Source of the DNA: a candidate division Kazan bacterium GW2011_GWA1_50_15
GTDB taxonomy: Bacteria > Patescibacteriota > Kazan-3B-28
Direction: 5' to 3'
DNA length: 37,067 nucleotides
NCBI GenBank assembly: GCA_001029795.1
Contig: CP011216.1
Span: 565,580 to 602,646, forward strand
The stretch's first letter is position 1, and each line of letters opens with the position of its first letter. The notes under the pieces are model-generated. The model saw only the letters and a list, made by a program, of their open reading frames with translations. It ran no database searches and was not told the DNA's origin. The position numbers and the translations under genes are program-made. Below are positions 24,501 to 33,657 of this stretch, piece after piece.

Positions 24501-26987
24501 ATGGAGAACTACTTCCTCGACAAATTTACTACCAACGCCAAAAAAGTACTGACCAATGCGCAAAAGGTAGCGCGGGATTTAGGGAATACTCATCTCGGGA
24601 CCGAGCACGTGTTGATGGCGATGTTGAACGTTCGCAGCGGGACCGCCTATGAGATCCTAAGCGGGTTTGGGATTAGCACAGAAAAGGCCGAGATGGTGTT
24701 GACTATTCTACAACGTGATGCTGAACAGCGTGCGGGCTTAACCCCATCCGCCAAGCGATTGATCGAGGGAGCTGTCCTGATCGCTGCTCAGTACGGCAGT
24801 TTCTATATTGGGACAGAGCATCTGTTATTTGCTTTGGTGCAGAACCGTTCATCAAAAGCTTACGCGATGTTGTTGGAGTTAGGGGTTGACCCGGGGGTGA
24901 TCGCAACCCAAGTCGCCCACTATATGCAGGAGAATCGTGAGCGTGATCCGCGAGTGCGGGTCGGGGCAGAGGAGGAGGGCAAGAGCAGTACCCCGGCGCT
25001 GGATCAGTTCAGTGTGGATATTACCAAACTAGCCAAAGAATGTCAGATCGATCCGGTCATTGGCCGAGATAAAGAGATTGCACGAGTCATTCAGATCCTG
25101 AACCGACGGACTAAAAATAACCCAGTGTTGATCGGTGAGCCGGGGATAGGCAAGACAGCGATCGTGGAGGGTTTGGCGCTACGGATCAACGCTGGCGACG
25201 TGCCGGATAACTTGCAGAACAAACGGATAATGGCCTTGAGCCCCTCAGTGATGGTGGCGGGGACTAAATATCGTGGAGAGTTCGAGGACCGCGTGAATCA
25301 GATCGTGGAGGAGGTGAAAGCGGCTCAAGATGTGGTACTATTCGTTGATGAGCTGCATACATTGGTAGGCGCTGGCAGCGCCGAGGGAAGTCTGGACGCG
25401 GCGAATATTTTAAAGCCGGCCCTGGCTCGAGGCAATCTGCAGATGATCGGCGCCACTACTTTAGACGAGTACCGAAAACATATCGAAAAAGATGCGGCCC
25501 TGGAGAGGCGGTTCCAGCCGATCACGGTCAACGAACCAACTCCCGAGGATACGATCAAGATCATCCAAGGGGTGAGGCAGAACTACGAAACTCACCATAA
25601 AGTGTCAATTACCGATAAAGCGATCGAGGCGGCGGTTAACCTATCGGTGCGATACATTAATGACAGGTTTTTGCCGGATAAGGCTATTGATCTGATCGAT
25701 GAGGCGGCTTCGATGGTCAGGATCGCTGCGGGATTAAGCGAACCGACGGTGGCGACCAAGGAGAAAGAGGAGTTGGGGAAAATAGTGTCAGCCAAAGAAG
25801 AGGCGATCGATCGTCAGGATTTCGAAGAGGCTGCTAAGCTGAGAGCCCAAGAACTGCGATTAAAAAAGAAGATAGATTCGATGCACAAAAAAACCGCCAA
25901 ACAGGGGACTGACGGTTGGCCGAAGGTCGAGGCGGGGGACATCGCCAAGGTGGTAGCTCAATGGACCAATATTCCAGTTGGGCATCTAGCGGCTGAGGAG
26001 ATCGAGCAGTTATCTAATTTAGAGAATGTGTTACAAGGGCGGATCATTGGTCAGGCCGAAGCGGTGGAGGCGGTGGCGTCAGCCATTAAACGTTCTCGGG
26101 TGGATATTGGTAATCCGGACCGGCCGATGGGCTCGTTTCTATTTTTGGGCCCGACTGGAGTGGGCAAGACCGAACTGGCCAAGGTATTGGCCGAGGAGGT
26201 ATTTAAGGACAAAGACGCTCTGGTTAAGATCGACATGAGTGAGTTTATGGAGCGCCATGCGGTGTCTAGGCTGGTGGGGGCACCTCCTGGATATGTGGGG
26301 TATGAAGAGTCGGGCAAACTCACCGAGGCAGTCCGGCGCAAACCGTATTCGGTGGTGCTGATGGACGAGGTAGAGAAGGCTCACCCCGAAGTGATGAATA
26401 TTTTGTTGCAGATCCTGGAGGATGGTTGGTTAAGCGACGCTAAGGGCCGGCGGGTCAGCTTTAAGAACACGATCGTTATCTTAACCTCGAACGTCGGGAC
26501 CGATGTTTTGAACCGTCAGGCTGTAGTTGGGTTCCATCAAGGGGCTAGCGCCATGCTTGACTATGAACGGGCGCGCGAACAAGTGCTGGACGAGGTGAAG
26601 CGCAAATTCCGTCCTGAGCTTTTGAACCGATTCGATAAGATCGTAGTGTTTAAACCGCTGGGAGCTGGCGAGATCAAACAGATCGTTGAACTGCAGCTCC
26701 AGAGTTTGATGCAGCGACTGATCAAACAGAAGATCACCCTGGATGTAGTTGATCCAGCGAAGGTTTGGTTGACCGAACGCGGATTCGAGCCGGAGTTGGG
26801 AGCCAGGCCGGTCAGACGGCTGATCCAAACTATGATCGAAGATCCATTGGCTGAAGGGATTTTGAATAAAACGTTTACTAAGGGGAGTGTAGTGAAGGTG
26901 GAGCCGGATACGCAGGAATTAAAATTGAGTCCGGCTGAGAACAGCCAAGCGGCGTCGACCCGTCGACGTCCGCGGGTGAAGGTTTAA
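24501..26987 (+). CDS. clpC: ATP-dependent Clp protease ATP-binding subunit ClpC (class I AAA+)
   Basis: Double Clp-N repeat and two Walker A sites ([16 protein letters not shown]). Short UVR-like middle domain ([12 protein letters not shown]). VGF ClpP-docking loop. AAGGGAG SD. Confidence 0.9.
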   Translation: MENYFLDKFTTNAKKVLTNAQKVARDLGNTHLGTEHVLMAMLNVRSGTAYEILSGFGISTEKAEMVLTILQRDAEQRAGLTPSAKRLIEGAVLIAAQYGSFYIGTEHLLFALVQNRSSKAYAMLLELGVDPGVIATQVAHYMQENRERDPRVRVGAEEEGKSSTPALDQFSVDITKLAKECQIDPVIGRDKEIARVIQILNRRTKNNPVLIGEPGIGKTAIVEGLALRINAGDVPDNLQNKRIMALSPSVMVAGTKYRGEFEDRVNQIVEEVKAAQDVVLFVDELHTLVGAGSAEGSLDAANILKPALARGNLQMIGATTLDEYRKHIEKDAALERRFQPITVNEPTPEDTIKIIQGVRQNYETHHKVSITDKAIEAAVNLSVRYINDRFLPDKAIDLIDEAASMVRIAAGLSEPTVATKEKEELGKIVSAKEEAIDRQDFEEAAKLRAQELRLKKKIDSMHKKTAKQGTDGWPKVEAGDIAKVVAQWTNIPVGHLAAEEIEQLSNLENVLQGRIIGQAEAVEAVASAIKRSRVDIGNPDRPMGSFLFLGPTGVGKTELAKVLAEEVFKDKDALVKIDMSEFMERHAVSRLVGAPPGYVGYEESGKLTEAVRRKPYSVVLMDEVEKAHPEVMNILLQILEDGWLSDAKGRRVSFKNTIVILTSNVGTDVLNRQAVVGFHQGASAMLDYERAREQVLDEVKRKFRPELLNRFDKIVVFKPLGAGEIKQIVELQLQSLMQRLIKQKITLDVVDPAKVWLTERGFEPELGARPVRRLIQTMIEDPLAEGILNKTFTKGSVVKVEPDTQELKLSPAENSQAASTRRRPRVKV

Positions 26988-27025
26988 GGGATTTATCTTT
27001 TCTTTTATCAACCAGGGATTTATCT

Positions 27026-27997
27026 ATGGCTCAGATCTTCGCAGGGATCATTATTGTTCTAGTGCTCGCCTATCTGGCCATCGCTCGGCGATCGCTATCA
27101 GTCCCGTCATCAGTGTTTATGATGACACTTTTAGGTGTGATCGTAGGGTTGTCGGTCGGGGCGCTGATCTCACTACCGCTAGCTAGGCTCGAGGGTCCTT
27201 TGGGGCAGTGGCTGCCGATCATCGTAAATATCTTTTCAGTGGCGATCGTCACGACCTTTTTTTACAATCAGCGCGAGAGTATCATGCGTTCGATCGGTCA
27301 ACTATTCGACCTGATCGGGGCGGTCGTTAAGGAAGCGCGGAGCGTGAGACGTGAGAGCGGAAGACCAGAGCGAGGCGCTTTGACACACCCGATAGTGGTG
27401 GATACCAGCGTGATCATCGATGGCAGGATCCTTGATCTGGTGAAGACGGGATTCTTGGTTGGAACGCTCGTGGTCCCGCGGTTTGTGTTGGAGGAGCTGC
27501 AATCGATCGCTGACTCAGAAGAGGTCCTGCGCCGGAACAAGGGTCGGCGAGGGTTGGAGGTCCTGAATAATCTCAGACACGAACCGCATGTTAGTTTGGA
27601 GATAGTAGATGATGATTTCGCTAATGAGCCGGATGTAGACTCTAAGGTCATTCGCTTGGCCAAGTATTACCGAGGGCGGTTGATGACGGTGGACTACAAT
27701 CTTAACCGAGTGGCCCAGATCCAAAATATACAGGTGCTGAATGTTAATGAACTGAATAACGCTCTGCGTCCAGTGGTCTTGCCTGGTGAACGGATGAAGT
27801 TAAGAATTCTCCAGGCGGGCAAGGACGAGGGGCAAGGCGTGGGATATTTAGAAGACGGGACCATGGTAGTGGTGGAGGGTGGGGACCGCTACATCGGTCA
27901 TGAGCACGAAGTGGTAGTGACTCGAGTCTTCCAAACGGTAGCCGGCAAGATGATATTTGCTATGCCAGAGGAAAAGTACCAACAGGCTCGTAAATAA
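27026..27997 (+). CDS. Membrane-anchored PIN plus TRAM domain protein (YacL-like)
   Basis: Three N-terminal TM helices, a PIN start (IVVDTSVIIDGRI) and a C-terminal TRAM-like beta domain (GVGYLEDGTMVVVEGG). The position downstream of clpC matches the Firmicute yacL context. Confidence 0.8.
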   Translation: MAQIFAGIIIVLVLAYLAIARRSLSVPSSVFMMTLLGVIVGLSVGALISLPLARLEGPLGQWLPIIVNIFSVAIVTTFFYNQRESIMRSIGQLFDLIGAVVKEARSVRRESGRPERGALTHPIVVDTSVIIDGRILDLVKTGFLVGTLVVPRFVLEELQSIADSEEVLRRNKGRRGLEVLNNLRHEPHVSLEIVDDDFANEPDVDSKVIRLAKYYRGRLMTVDYNLNRVAQIQNIQVLNVNELNNALRPVVLPGERMKLRILQAGKDEGQGVGYLEDGTMVVVEGGDRYIGHEHEVVVTRVFQTVAGKMIFAMPEEKYQQARK

Positions 27998-28022
27998 CCC
28001 TCCGAAGTCTGATGCGTGGCCG

Positions 28023-28046
28023 CCTCTTGACTAAGAGGGGATTTTA
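28023..28046 (+). terminator. Weak terminator-like hairpin after the PIN/TRAM gene
   Basis: CCTCTT-gact-AAGAGG followed by GGATTTT. The stem is only 6 bp and overlaps the -35 of the next promoter. Confidence 0.3.
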
Positions 28047-28055
28047 TGGTATAAT
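28027..28055 (+). promoter_or_regulatory. Consensus promoter of the surface-protein operon
   Basis: TTGACT (28027-28032), 17 nt, TATAAT (28050-28055) preceded by TGg (extended -10). GTG 28084 lies ~22 nt downstream of the predicted TSS. Confidence 0.65.
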
Positions 28056-28083
28056 CAAACGATAGCCTAAGTCTGTTCGCTAG

Positions 28084-29781
28084 GTGATAAAACAAACACA
28101 AAAATTTTTCGTGCGGCTCCTAGAGCGGGAACTGATGACGGTTCTGGCGGTTTTGATTGCGGGGAGTTTTGTGTGGTGGGCGAGAGCTAGTGATACGGCC
28201 AATGTAACCTTTAGTCTGACAGTAGAAAATCCTGGGGGCAGTGTTACGGTTTTAACACCAGATGGCGGTGAAAGCTGGGCGATCGGTTCCAGCCAGAATA
28301 TTACCTGGGAAACTACAGGTACGGTGACTGATGTGCTGATCGAGATCCAACGGACTACTGGCGGGAGTTGGACAACCATAGTAGCTTCGACTACCAATGA
28401 CGGAAGCTATCCATGGACGGTTACGCAACCAGCTACCTCTCAAGCCTCAATTAGGATTACTGAAGTCGGTGATGGGACGGTAACTGACATTAGCGATGCA
28501 GTATTCTCGATCGTGAGCAGTGGCGGCGGCGGTGGCGGCGGGGTAGTTTACCCTGCCCCGGCCATTGATAATGTTACGCCGTCTACGATCTCGAACCGAG
28601 CGCCGGTCACCTTGGATATTCGTGGTGTCAACTTTAGAGAAGGTGTGTATTTCCGGTTAGATGCTAGCGTTGACTTGTCGCAATCAACTTTTATTAACGA
28701 CACAACTGCCACTGCGGTTGTCCCGGCTGGCTTAGCCGCAAGAGATTGGCATCTCTGGGTATTCAACACTGATGGTTCTAACACGATTTGGGGGACACCG
28801 ATCACGATCGTCACCACTCAGTATGACGCGATTTTGCAGCAGGACTTGCCGGCGGTAATTCGATTCTATCTGCATCCGAGCGAGACTGGTCGAATTGTCT
28901 TACCATTTACCAACTACGGCAACTACACTTGGGATACCAGGCTGAAGTTGGGGACGATCGAGCCCGACGATCACAACAGCGTGCTGTACCACGCACCGAC
29001 CTGGCCGACTCGCAATCGGGCGATAGGATATACGGGTGGTCCAGTAGGATACGGCAGTACTATCGAGCTGCCGTTGACGGTTCAGGCTCCTCTGCAGGCG
29101 GGGACTTACACGGATAAGTTCAAGCTCGTGCTGGATGGTGTGGCTTGGCTGACTATGACACCTATCACTGTTGAGGTGATCGTCTCTTCGGAGATTAAAC
29201 CTCCGCCCACTACTGGCGGCGAGGAATTAACTTATAGTGCTAAATTTGTTGCTAAATCTCCGAACCCGCGGGTCACAGCCGGCGGTGAGGCGGAGCTGTG
29301 GGTGGAATTTGAAAATACCGGGACTGCGCCATGGCGAAGCAGCGGGCTCAACCCGGTGCGGCTGGGGACTACCCATGTACGAGATAGAGAAAGTCGGTTA
29401 GCTCATTCAACCTGGATTATTAATCGTAATCGGGTCGCGACAGCAGATGACACGATCGTTGAACCGGGCGAGATTGGTCGGTTTGCTTTTAAAGTTCAAG
29501 CTCCTACCCGCACCGGAGTTTACCGCGAATGGTTTGGGCTGGTGGCTGAATTTAAACAGTGGTTTAGCGTGAGTGCCGAAACGCGCTGGGATATTTCAGT
29601 GGTAAGGCCGACCGCGGTGCGGTCTTTGGTCCCAAGCACTGGTGGGAGCCAGTCGCCTGCACCAACTACGCCCGCTACCCAAGTGTTTCAAGATACTACA
29701 GAACAGTTGTGGCGGACGATAACCCAGGGGATAAATCAAGTACTGGGGAGTATCGGCAGCCTATTCCGGAGCTGGTTTTAA
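28084..29781 (+). CDS. Modular cell-surface protein P1
   Basis: 565 aa. Order of parts: N-terminal anchor helix, ~90-aa module (TPDGGESW...IEIQRTTGGSW...), hinge SSGGGGGGG, IPT/TIG-like segment, two copies of the W..KLGT..NR..PGE.G.F...AP..G.Y module, linker PSTGGSQSPAPTTPATQ, C-terminal tail. The ~90-aa module looks Kre9/KNH-like and the ~120-aa module NBR1/Ig-like, both by eye. Confidence 0.7.
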   Translation: MIKQTQKFFVRLLERELMTVLAVLIAGSFVWWARASDTANVTFSLTVENPGGSVTVLTPDGGESWAIGSSQNITWETTGTVTDVLIEIQRTTGGSWTTIVASTTNDGSYPWTVTQPATSQASIRITEVGDGTVTDISDAVFSIVSSGGGGGGGVVYPAPAIDNVTPSTISNRAPVTLDIRGVNFREGVYFRLDASVDLSQSTFINDTTATAVVPAGLAARDWHLWVFNTDGSNTIWGTPITIVTTQYDAILQQDLPAVIRFYLHPSETGRIVLPFTNYGNYTWDTRLKLGTIEPDDHNSVLYHAPTWPTRNRAIGYTGGPVGYGSTIELPLTVQAPLQAGTYTDKFKLVLDGVAWLTMTPITVEVIVSSEIKPPPTTGGEELTYSAKFVAKSPNPRVTAGGEAELWVEFENTGTAPWRSSGLNPVRLGTTHVRDRESRLAHSTWIINRNRVATADDTIVEPGEIGRFAFKVQAPTRTGVYREWFGLVAEFKQWFSVSAETRWDISVVRPTAVRSLVPSTGGSQSPAPTTPATQVFQDTTEQLWRTITQGINQVLGSIGSLFRSWF

Positions 29782-29783
29782 TT

Positions 29784-30920
29784 ATGCAATTGCCAAGCCA
29801 TATTAATAGGTTTCTGGAGTGGTTGGAAGATGAACTTATTACCGTGTTGGCGGTAGTGATTGTGGTGAATGGGATAGTCTGGGTGAACGCCGCTGACACC
29901 AGAGATATGTTTCTTGGTTTAGCGGTCACTCCTTCTCCAGAAACAATATTTTTATATACCCCGGATGGCGGGGAGAGTTGGGAAGCGGGAACTGAGTACA
30001 CTATTTCGTATATAGCAGGCAGCGGGATCGATAGTGTCAAGATCGAGTTACAACGATCAACGGGTGGTAGTTGGGAGACGATCGCCGATCCCGTGGCCGT
30101 AACCGCTAACGAAGAAGAGGGTTATGACTGGACAGTGACCAGTCCGGCCACTGTTAGCGCCAAGATACGTGTTAGCAGCACGGCTGATGCTGCTGTCTAC
30201 GGCGAAAGTACTGGGGTGTTCACGATTACGGCCGAGGGTGAATCTGTATTGCCTGGAGGTGGAGGTGGAGGCGCACCCATCCCTGCAGTCGAGCAGCCCA
30301 CCCAACCTTCTGTCCCGGAGGAAGGCCGGTTGAGCGCTGATGGGTGGTGGGCGCCAGAGTCATACCGGGCCAAATTACTGCGCCGTTCGTATAACGTTCA
30401 GTTAAACCCAGGGGTCGAAACGACCCTATCAGTGATAGCGCTGAATGTAGGCAACGCGGTTTGGTATAACTATGGTCGTTTCCAAACCAAATTGGGGGTA
30501 GTGGGGGATAGGCATAGCATGCTAGCTACCGCTCAATGGGAAAAGTTCGACCGAGTGGCGATTTTAGATAAGACAACCACTGGCGGTAACGAACTGCGTC
30601 CCGGGCAGTTAGGCAGATTCAATCTCACGATCAAAGCTCCGTTACAACCTGGAGTCTATACTGAAACATTCGCCCTGCTAACGGAGCATATTACTTGGTT
30701 CCCAGGTACTGAGGTAACTGTCCGGGTAACTAGCGGCCAGTCTCGAGTAGTACCTCGTTCGTCAACTTTGGCTGATCAAGTAACCCCCAGTACTGACGGT
30801 ACGCCAACTACATCTCCGGCTCCTCAGCCTCGAGTAATCACGCCGAAGTCTGAATCGACCGGTTTCTTGGGCTGGTTGAGCCGAGTCTGGTCCACAGTCA
30901 CTAATTTATTTACAAAATGA
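29784..30920 (+). CDS. Modular cell-surface protein P2 (shorter paralogue of P1)
   Basis: ATG 29784 lies 2 nt after the P1 stop and gives an N-terminus collinear with P1 (INRFLEWLEDELITVLAVVIV vs QKFFVRLLERELMTVLAVLIA). It has the same ~90-aa module, hinge PGGGGGGAP, one Ig-like repeat, linker PSTDGTPTTSPAPQP and a related tail. The ORF track start 29709 would overlap P1. Confidence 0.7.
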   Translation: MQLPSHINRFLEWLEDELITVLAVVIVVNGIVWVNAADTRDMFLGLAVTPSPETIFLYTPDGGESWEAGTEYTISYIAGSGIDSVKIELQRSTGGSWETIADPVAVTANEEEGYDWTVTSPATVSAKIRVSSTADAAVYGESTGVFTITAEGESVLPGGGGGGAPIPAVEQPTQPSVPEEGRLSADGWWAPESYRAKLLRRSYNVQLNPGVETTLSVIALNVGNAVWYNYGRFQTKLGVVGDRHSMLATAQWEKFDRVAILDKTTTGGNELRPGQLGRFNLTIKAPLQPGVYTETFALLTEHITWFPGTEVTVRVTSGQSRVVPRSSTLADQVTPSTDGTPTTSPAPQPRVITPKSESTGFLGWLSRVWSTVTNLFTK

Positions 30921-33097
30921 ACAAACACTCTCGTAAAACCACACTTAAGCACACTGCCCGTCGTTGGGCCGGTGTGGCTGACTGGTTGCGTCAACGAGGG
31001 AAATGGCTAGTGCACCAACTTCCTGATTTGCTGACCAAACTCGATCGGCGTTGGATCGGCGGTAGAAAAGATAATCAAGATATCGGACAATTAATGATTT
31101 GGACGGTAGCACTAACGGTTGTTTTGATCGTGGCGGGGGCGCTAACCCAGTTTGGGGTACGTGACACGATTGCTCATTCCCAAATAAAACGAGTTAGCGC
31201 AGGCCTGGAAGCTGAAAAACAAGAATTGTTGACTCTGACTGGCCAGTTGTCAGACCGAGCTGATATAAAACAATACGTAGCGGAGGGTGACGTGATCCAT
31301 CTGACTCAGCTACTGTCTCAGATCAAAGCGGATCATCAGCTGGACTTTGTGACAGCCGTGAATGCCAAGGGTGCGATCCTGGCGCGAGTGCCGGTTGAAT
31401 TGGGCCGAGGTGAACAGCTGTTCCAAACTGCTTATACCGGTCGGCAGGTCGCGCAGGGTAAACCAGCGGCGGTGGTGAGCGAAGGTCGGGGGTTCCCAAT
31501 GGTAGTTGCCGCTGGCTATCCTTTGAAGCGGGACGGCCGCGTGGCGGGAGGGATATTTGCCGGGTACAGCCTAGAAGATGAACATACGGTCAAATTTCAT
31601 AACCGATACCTGCGCGGCAGCGGTACCCAGGTGGCTTTTTACACTCGTCGGGACGGTATGCAGGGTAGCAGTTTTAATGACATTAAGCAGCGTGAGCTAG
31701 TCTTGGCCTATTTTAGTTCTGGTTCTGATTGGGTACAGGAAGGGAAGTCAAATACTATGGTGGAGCTTAGGGGCCAGGTTTATTGGGTGGACAATCTGGT
31801 TCTTCCGGGGTTGGATAGTAAGTCGGTTAGCCCGGGTGGGGTGTTGGTCTTCGTCCCGCTATTACCGCATTGGGCGGCGGAGCTACTCTTTGTAGCGCTG
31901 GTTGTTCTGGGAATGGGATTAGGGTTGTATTGGTTAGCGAGACACCGAAAAGGCCGAGGCAAGCATGGTCGTCGTCCGCGTCTGTGGGAACTGATAGCAG
32001 GGTTGTCGCTGGTGATTGTTATAGGGTTAGCATTAGCTGTACAGCTGTATTGGGTGGATAACCAGCGAGTGGTTATTTCCGAGAAACCGTTCACGATCTA
32101 CAATTCGACGCTAAGTCTATGGCCAGACCAGGATTTGGTGAGCGTGGGAGCGACCAAGCGGGTAGAGATCAGGCTGAACGCTGGAGGCGAGGCGATCAAT
32201 GTTGTACAGGTCGTGTTGAACTATGACCCAAATGTTATGGCGGTGAAGGAGATCTGGACAGACAACTCATTTGTGCCAGAGGAAGCTTTCCTGGAAAAGT
32301 ATATTGATAACGAGTTAGGCGAAGTGAGTATCGTAGCTGGGTTACCAGCTGGTAGTTATTCTGGAAGCAATGGGGTGGTAGCGGGATTATTGTTACAGGC
32401 ACTGGCTCCAGGACAGTGCGTTTTGCGCTTTGGAGATGATACTCAGGTGTTGGCTAGTGATGGACTGGGGACCAATGTTTTGCGGACGGTGACCGACGGG
32501 AGCTATCGGGTGATGGAGGCAGCCCCAGTCGCAGGGGGTTCCAATGACGGGAACCAACCGCTGTCTATTTTTTCATCCTCACATTCCAACCCAGAGCGAT
32601 GGTCGCGCGACCGAGAGATCAGCATGTCTTGGCCGACGGGCTGGGGCAGCGGACCGTTTATTTACAGCCTAGACCAAAACCCCAATGGGACGTCCGCCAA
32701 TGGATTGGTGACTGACTCAAGTCAAGTTATTATCCAAGCTCCAGGAGACGGCGTCTGGTATTTTCATTTAGCCGCTCTGCGTTTTGGCAAGATTGGTCCG
32801 ACCACTCACTACAAGATCAAGATCGACACAGCTCCGCCAACTGCACCGCTCATTCGAGCTAGTGCGACACAAGCGCGAGTAGGAGATGTAGTCAGATTTG
32901 AGTTTTTTGGGTATGACGCTATTAGCGGTATCGAGCCAGGGTTCTATGTACAGATAGACAAGGGGCCGCTCTTGCCATCCCTGCCTTATCTCTATGTGCC
33001 GTTCACCAGCCGGGGGGAACACACTGTCCTGGTACGAGTTTTTGATAACGCGGGTAACCTGGCTGAGACAAGCCAAACCCTCAAGATTACCAGTTAG
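30917..33097 (+). CDS. Three-TM membrane protein P3: extracytoplasmic dCache/PDC-like domain, cohesin-like domain and C-terminal beta domains
   Basis: 726 aa with an ATGA overlap onto P2. TM1 is at ~aa 59-82 and a ~230-aa sensor-like region follows (LDFVTAVNAKGAILARVP, MVVAAGYPL..DGRVAGGIFAGYSL, VAFYTRRDG). TM2 is followed by a basic loop RHRKGRGKHGRRPR and then TM3. Next come a cohesin-like segment (VEIRLNAGGEAINVVQVVLNYDPNVM...GVVAGLLLQA) and a beta-rich C-terminus (GVWYFHLAA...IKIDTAPP). Domain calls are by eye. Confidence 0.7.
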   Translation: MNKHSRKTTLKHTARRWAGVADWLRQRGKWLVHQLPDLLTKLDRRWIGGRKDNQDIGQLMIWTVALTVVLIVAGALTQFGVRDTIAHSQIKRVSAGLEAEKQELLTLTGQLSDRADIKQYVAEGDVIHLTQLLSQIKADHQLDFVTAVNAKGAILARVPVELGRGEQLFQTAYTGRQVAQGKPAAVVSEGRGFPMVVAAGYPLKRDGRVAGGIFAGYSLEDEHTVKFHNRYLRGSGTQVAFYTRRDGMQGSSFNDIKQRELVLAYFSSGSDWVQEGKSNTMVELRGQVYWVDNLVLPGLDSKSVSPGGVLVFVPLLPHWAAELLFVALVVLGMGLGLYWLARHRKGRGKHGRRPRLWELIAGLSLVIVIGLALAVQLYWVDNQRVVISEKPFTIYNSTLSLWPDQDLVSVGATKRVEIRLNAGGEAINVVQVVLNYDPNVMAVKEIWTDNSFVPEEAFLEKYIDNELGEVSIVAGLPAGSYSGSNGVVAGLLLQALAPGQCVLRFGDDTQVLASDGLGTNVLRTVTDGSYRVMEAAPVAGGSNDGNQPLSIFSSSHSNPERWSRDREISMSWPTGWGSGPFIYSLDQNPNGTSANGLVTDSSQVIIQAPGDGVWYFHLAALRFGKIGPTTHYKIKIDTAPPTAPLIRASATQARVGDVVRFEFFGYDAISGIEPGFYVQIDKGPLLPSLPYLYVPFTSRGEHTVLVRVFDNAGNLAETSQTLKITS

Positions 33098-33193
33098 AGA
33101 CCTAGTTGTTTTTAGCTCTGGGAGCTTATTTTACTTGACAGGGGAGGGGATTTGGACTATCCTAGGAGAGGTATATTAACCTTACTTTTCGCT

Positions 33194-33595
33194 ATGAATA
33201 AACTGTTGCAAAAAGGGGGATTGGCGGTAGCGGTATTAGCCACACTGGTGGCTCTAATGGGTTTGGGCATTCCTAGCCAATTTGTCGACGTTCATGCTCC
33301 AGCTACCGGAGACCGGTGGCGGGTGGGTCATACTTATGCCATTGAATGGTTGGGAGTGGAAGTGGCCGGCCCATACCGGATCGAGCTCCAGCGCCAACCG
33401 CGTGGTAAATGGGAAATGATCACTCGGTCAACTTACGGCTACGGCACAGATGATGGTTGGTTGGCTTATGATTGGCGTGCGACCGGCCCTGTAACTCGGC
33501 GAGCTCAGATACGGATTACTGCGCTGGATCATCCAGAGGTGGTAGGCTACAGCGGGATATTTACTATTTATCGCGACTCCCACTCGGCTCGATAA
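33194..33595 (+). CDS. Small anchored surface protein P4 carrying one copy of the ~90-aa module
   Basis: ATG 33194 (MNKLLQKGGLAVAVLATLVALMGLG) is preferred over the TTG 33152 of the ORF track. The body aligns with the P1/P2 module (GDRWRVGHTYAIEW...YRIELQRQPRGKWEMI...YDWRATGP...AQIRIT...GIFTIY). A possible promoter is TTGACA 33135-33140, 17 nt, TATCCT. Confidence 0.6.
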   Translation: MNKLLQKGGLAVAVLATLVALMGLGIPSQFVDVHAPATGDRWRVGHTYAIEWLGVEVAGPYRIELQRQPRGKWEMITRSTYGYGTDDGWLAYDWRATGPVTRRAQIRITALDHPEVVGYSGIFTIYRDSHSAR

Positions 33596-33612
33596 AGATC
33601 TCAGTTGATTTT

Positions 33613-33642
33613 AAAACGCCGCCCTCTCGGGCGGCGTTTTTT
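33613..33642. terminator. Bidirectional intrinsic terminator
   Basis: AAAACGCCGCCC-tctc-GGGCGGCGTTTT(TT) is a perfect 12-bp stem with A and T arms. It lies between the convergent P4 and ychF genes. Confidence 0.85.
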
Positions 33643-33657
33643 AATTCTGATCGCCTA

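Noticed and set aside
28084-28180. P1/P2 N-termini as type IV (pseudo)pilin class III signal peptides, because ...ERELMTVLAVLIAG resembles ...LIELLVVIAIIG
   Set aside because: There is no Gly (or Ala/Ser) at the -1 cleavage position and no G-F/M-T-L context in either protein. The helix is more simply a signal anchor.
33152-33193. TTG 33152 as the start of P4
   Set aside because: The extra 14 residues (MDYPRRGILTLLFA) precede a normal M-N-K-basic-hydrophobic signal beginning at ATG 33194, and TTG 33152 would sit inside the candidate promoter (TTGACA 33135-33140 / TATCCT 33158-33163). The start remains uncertain.
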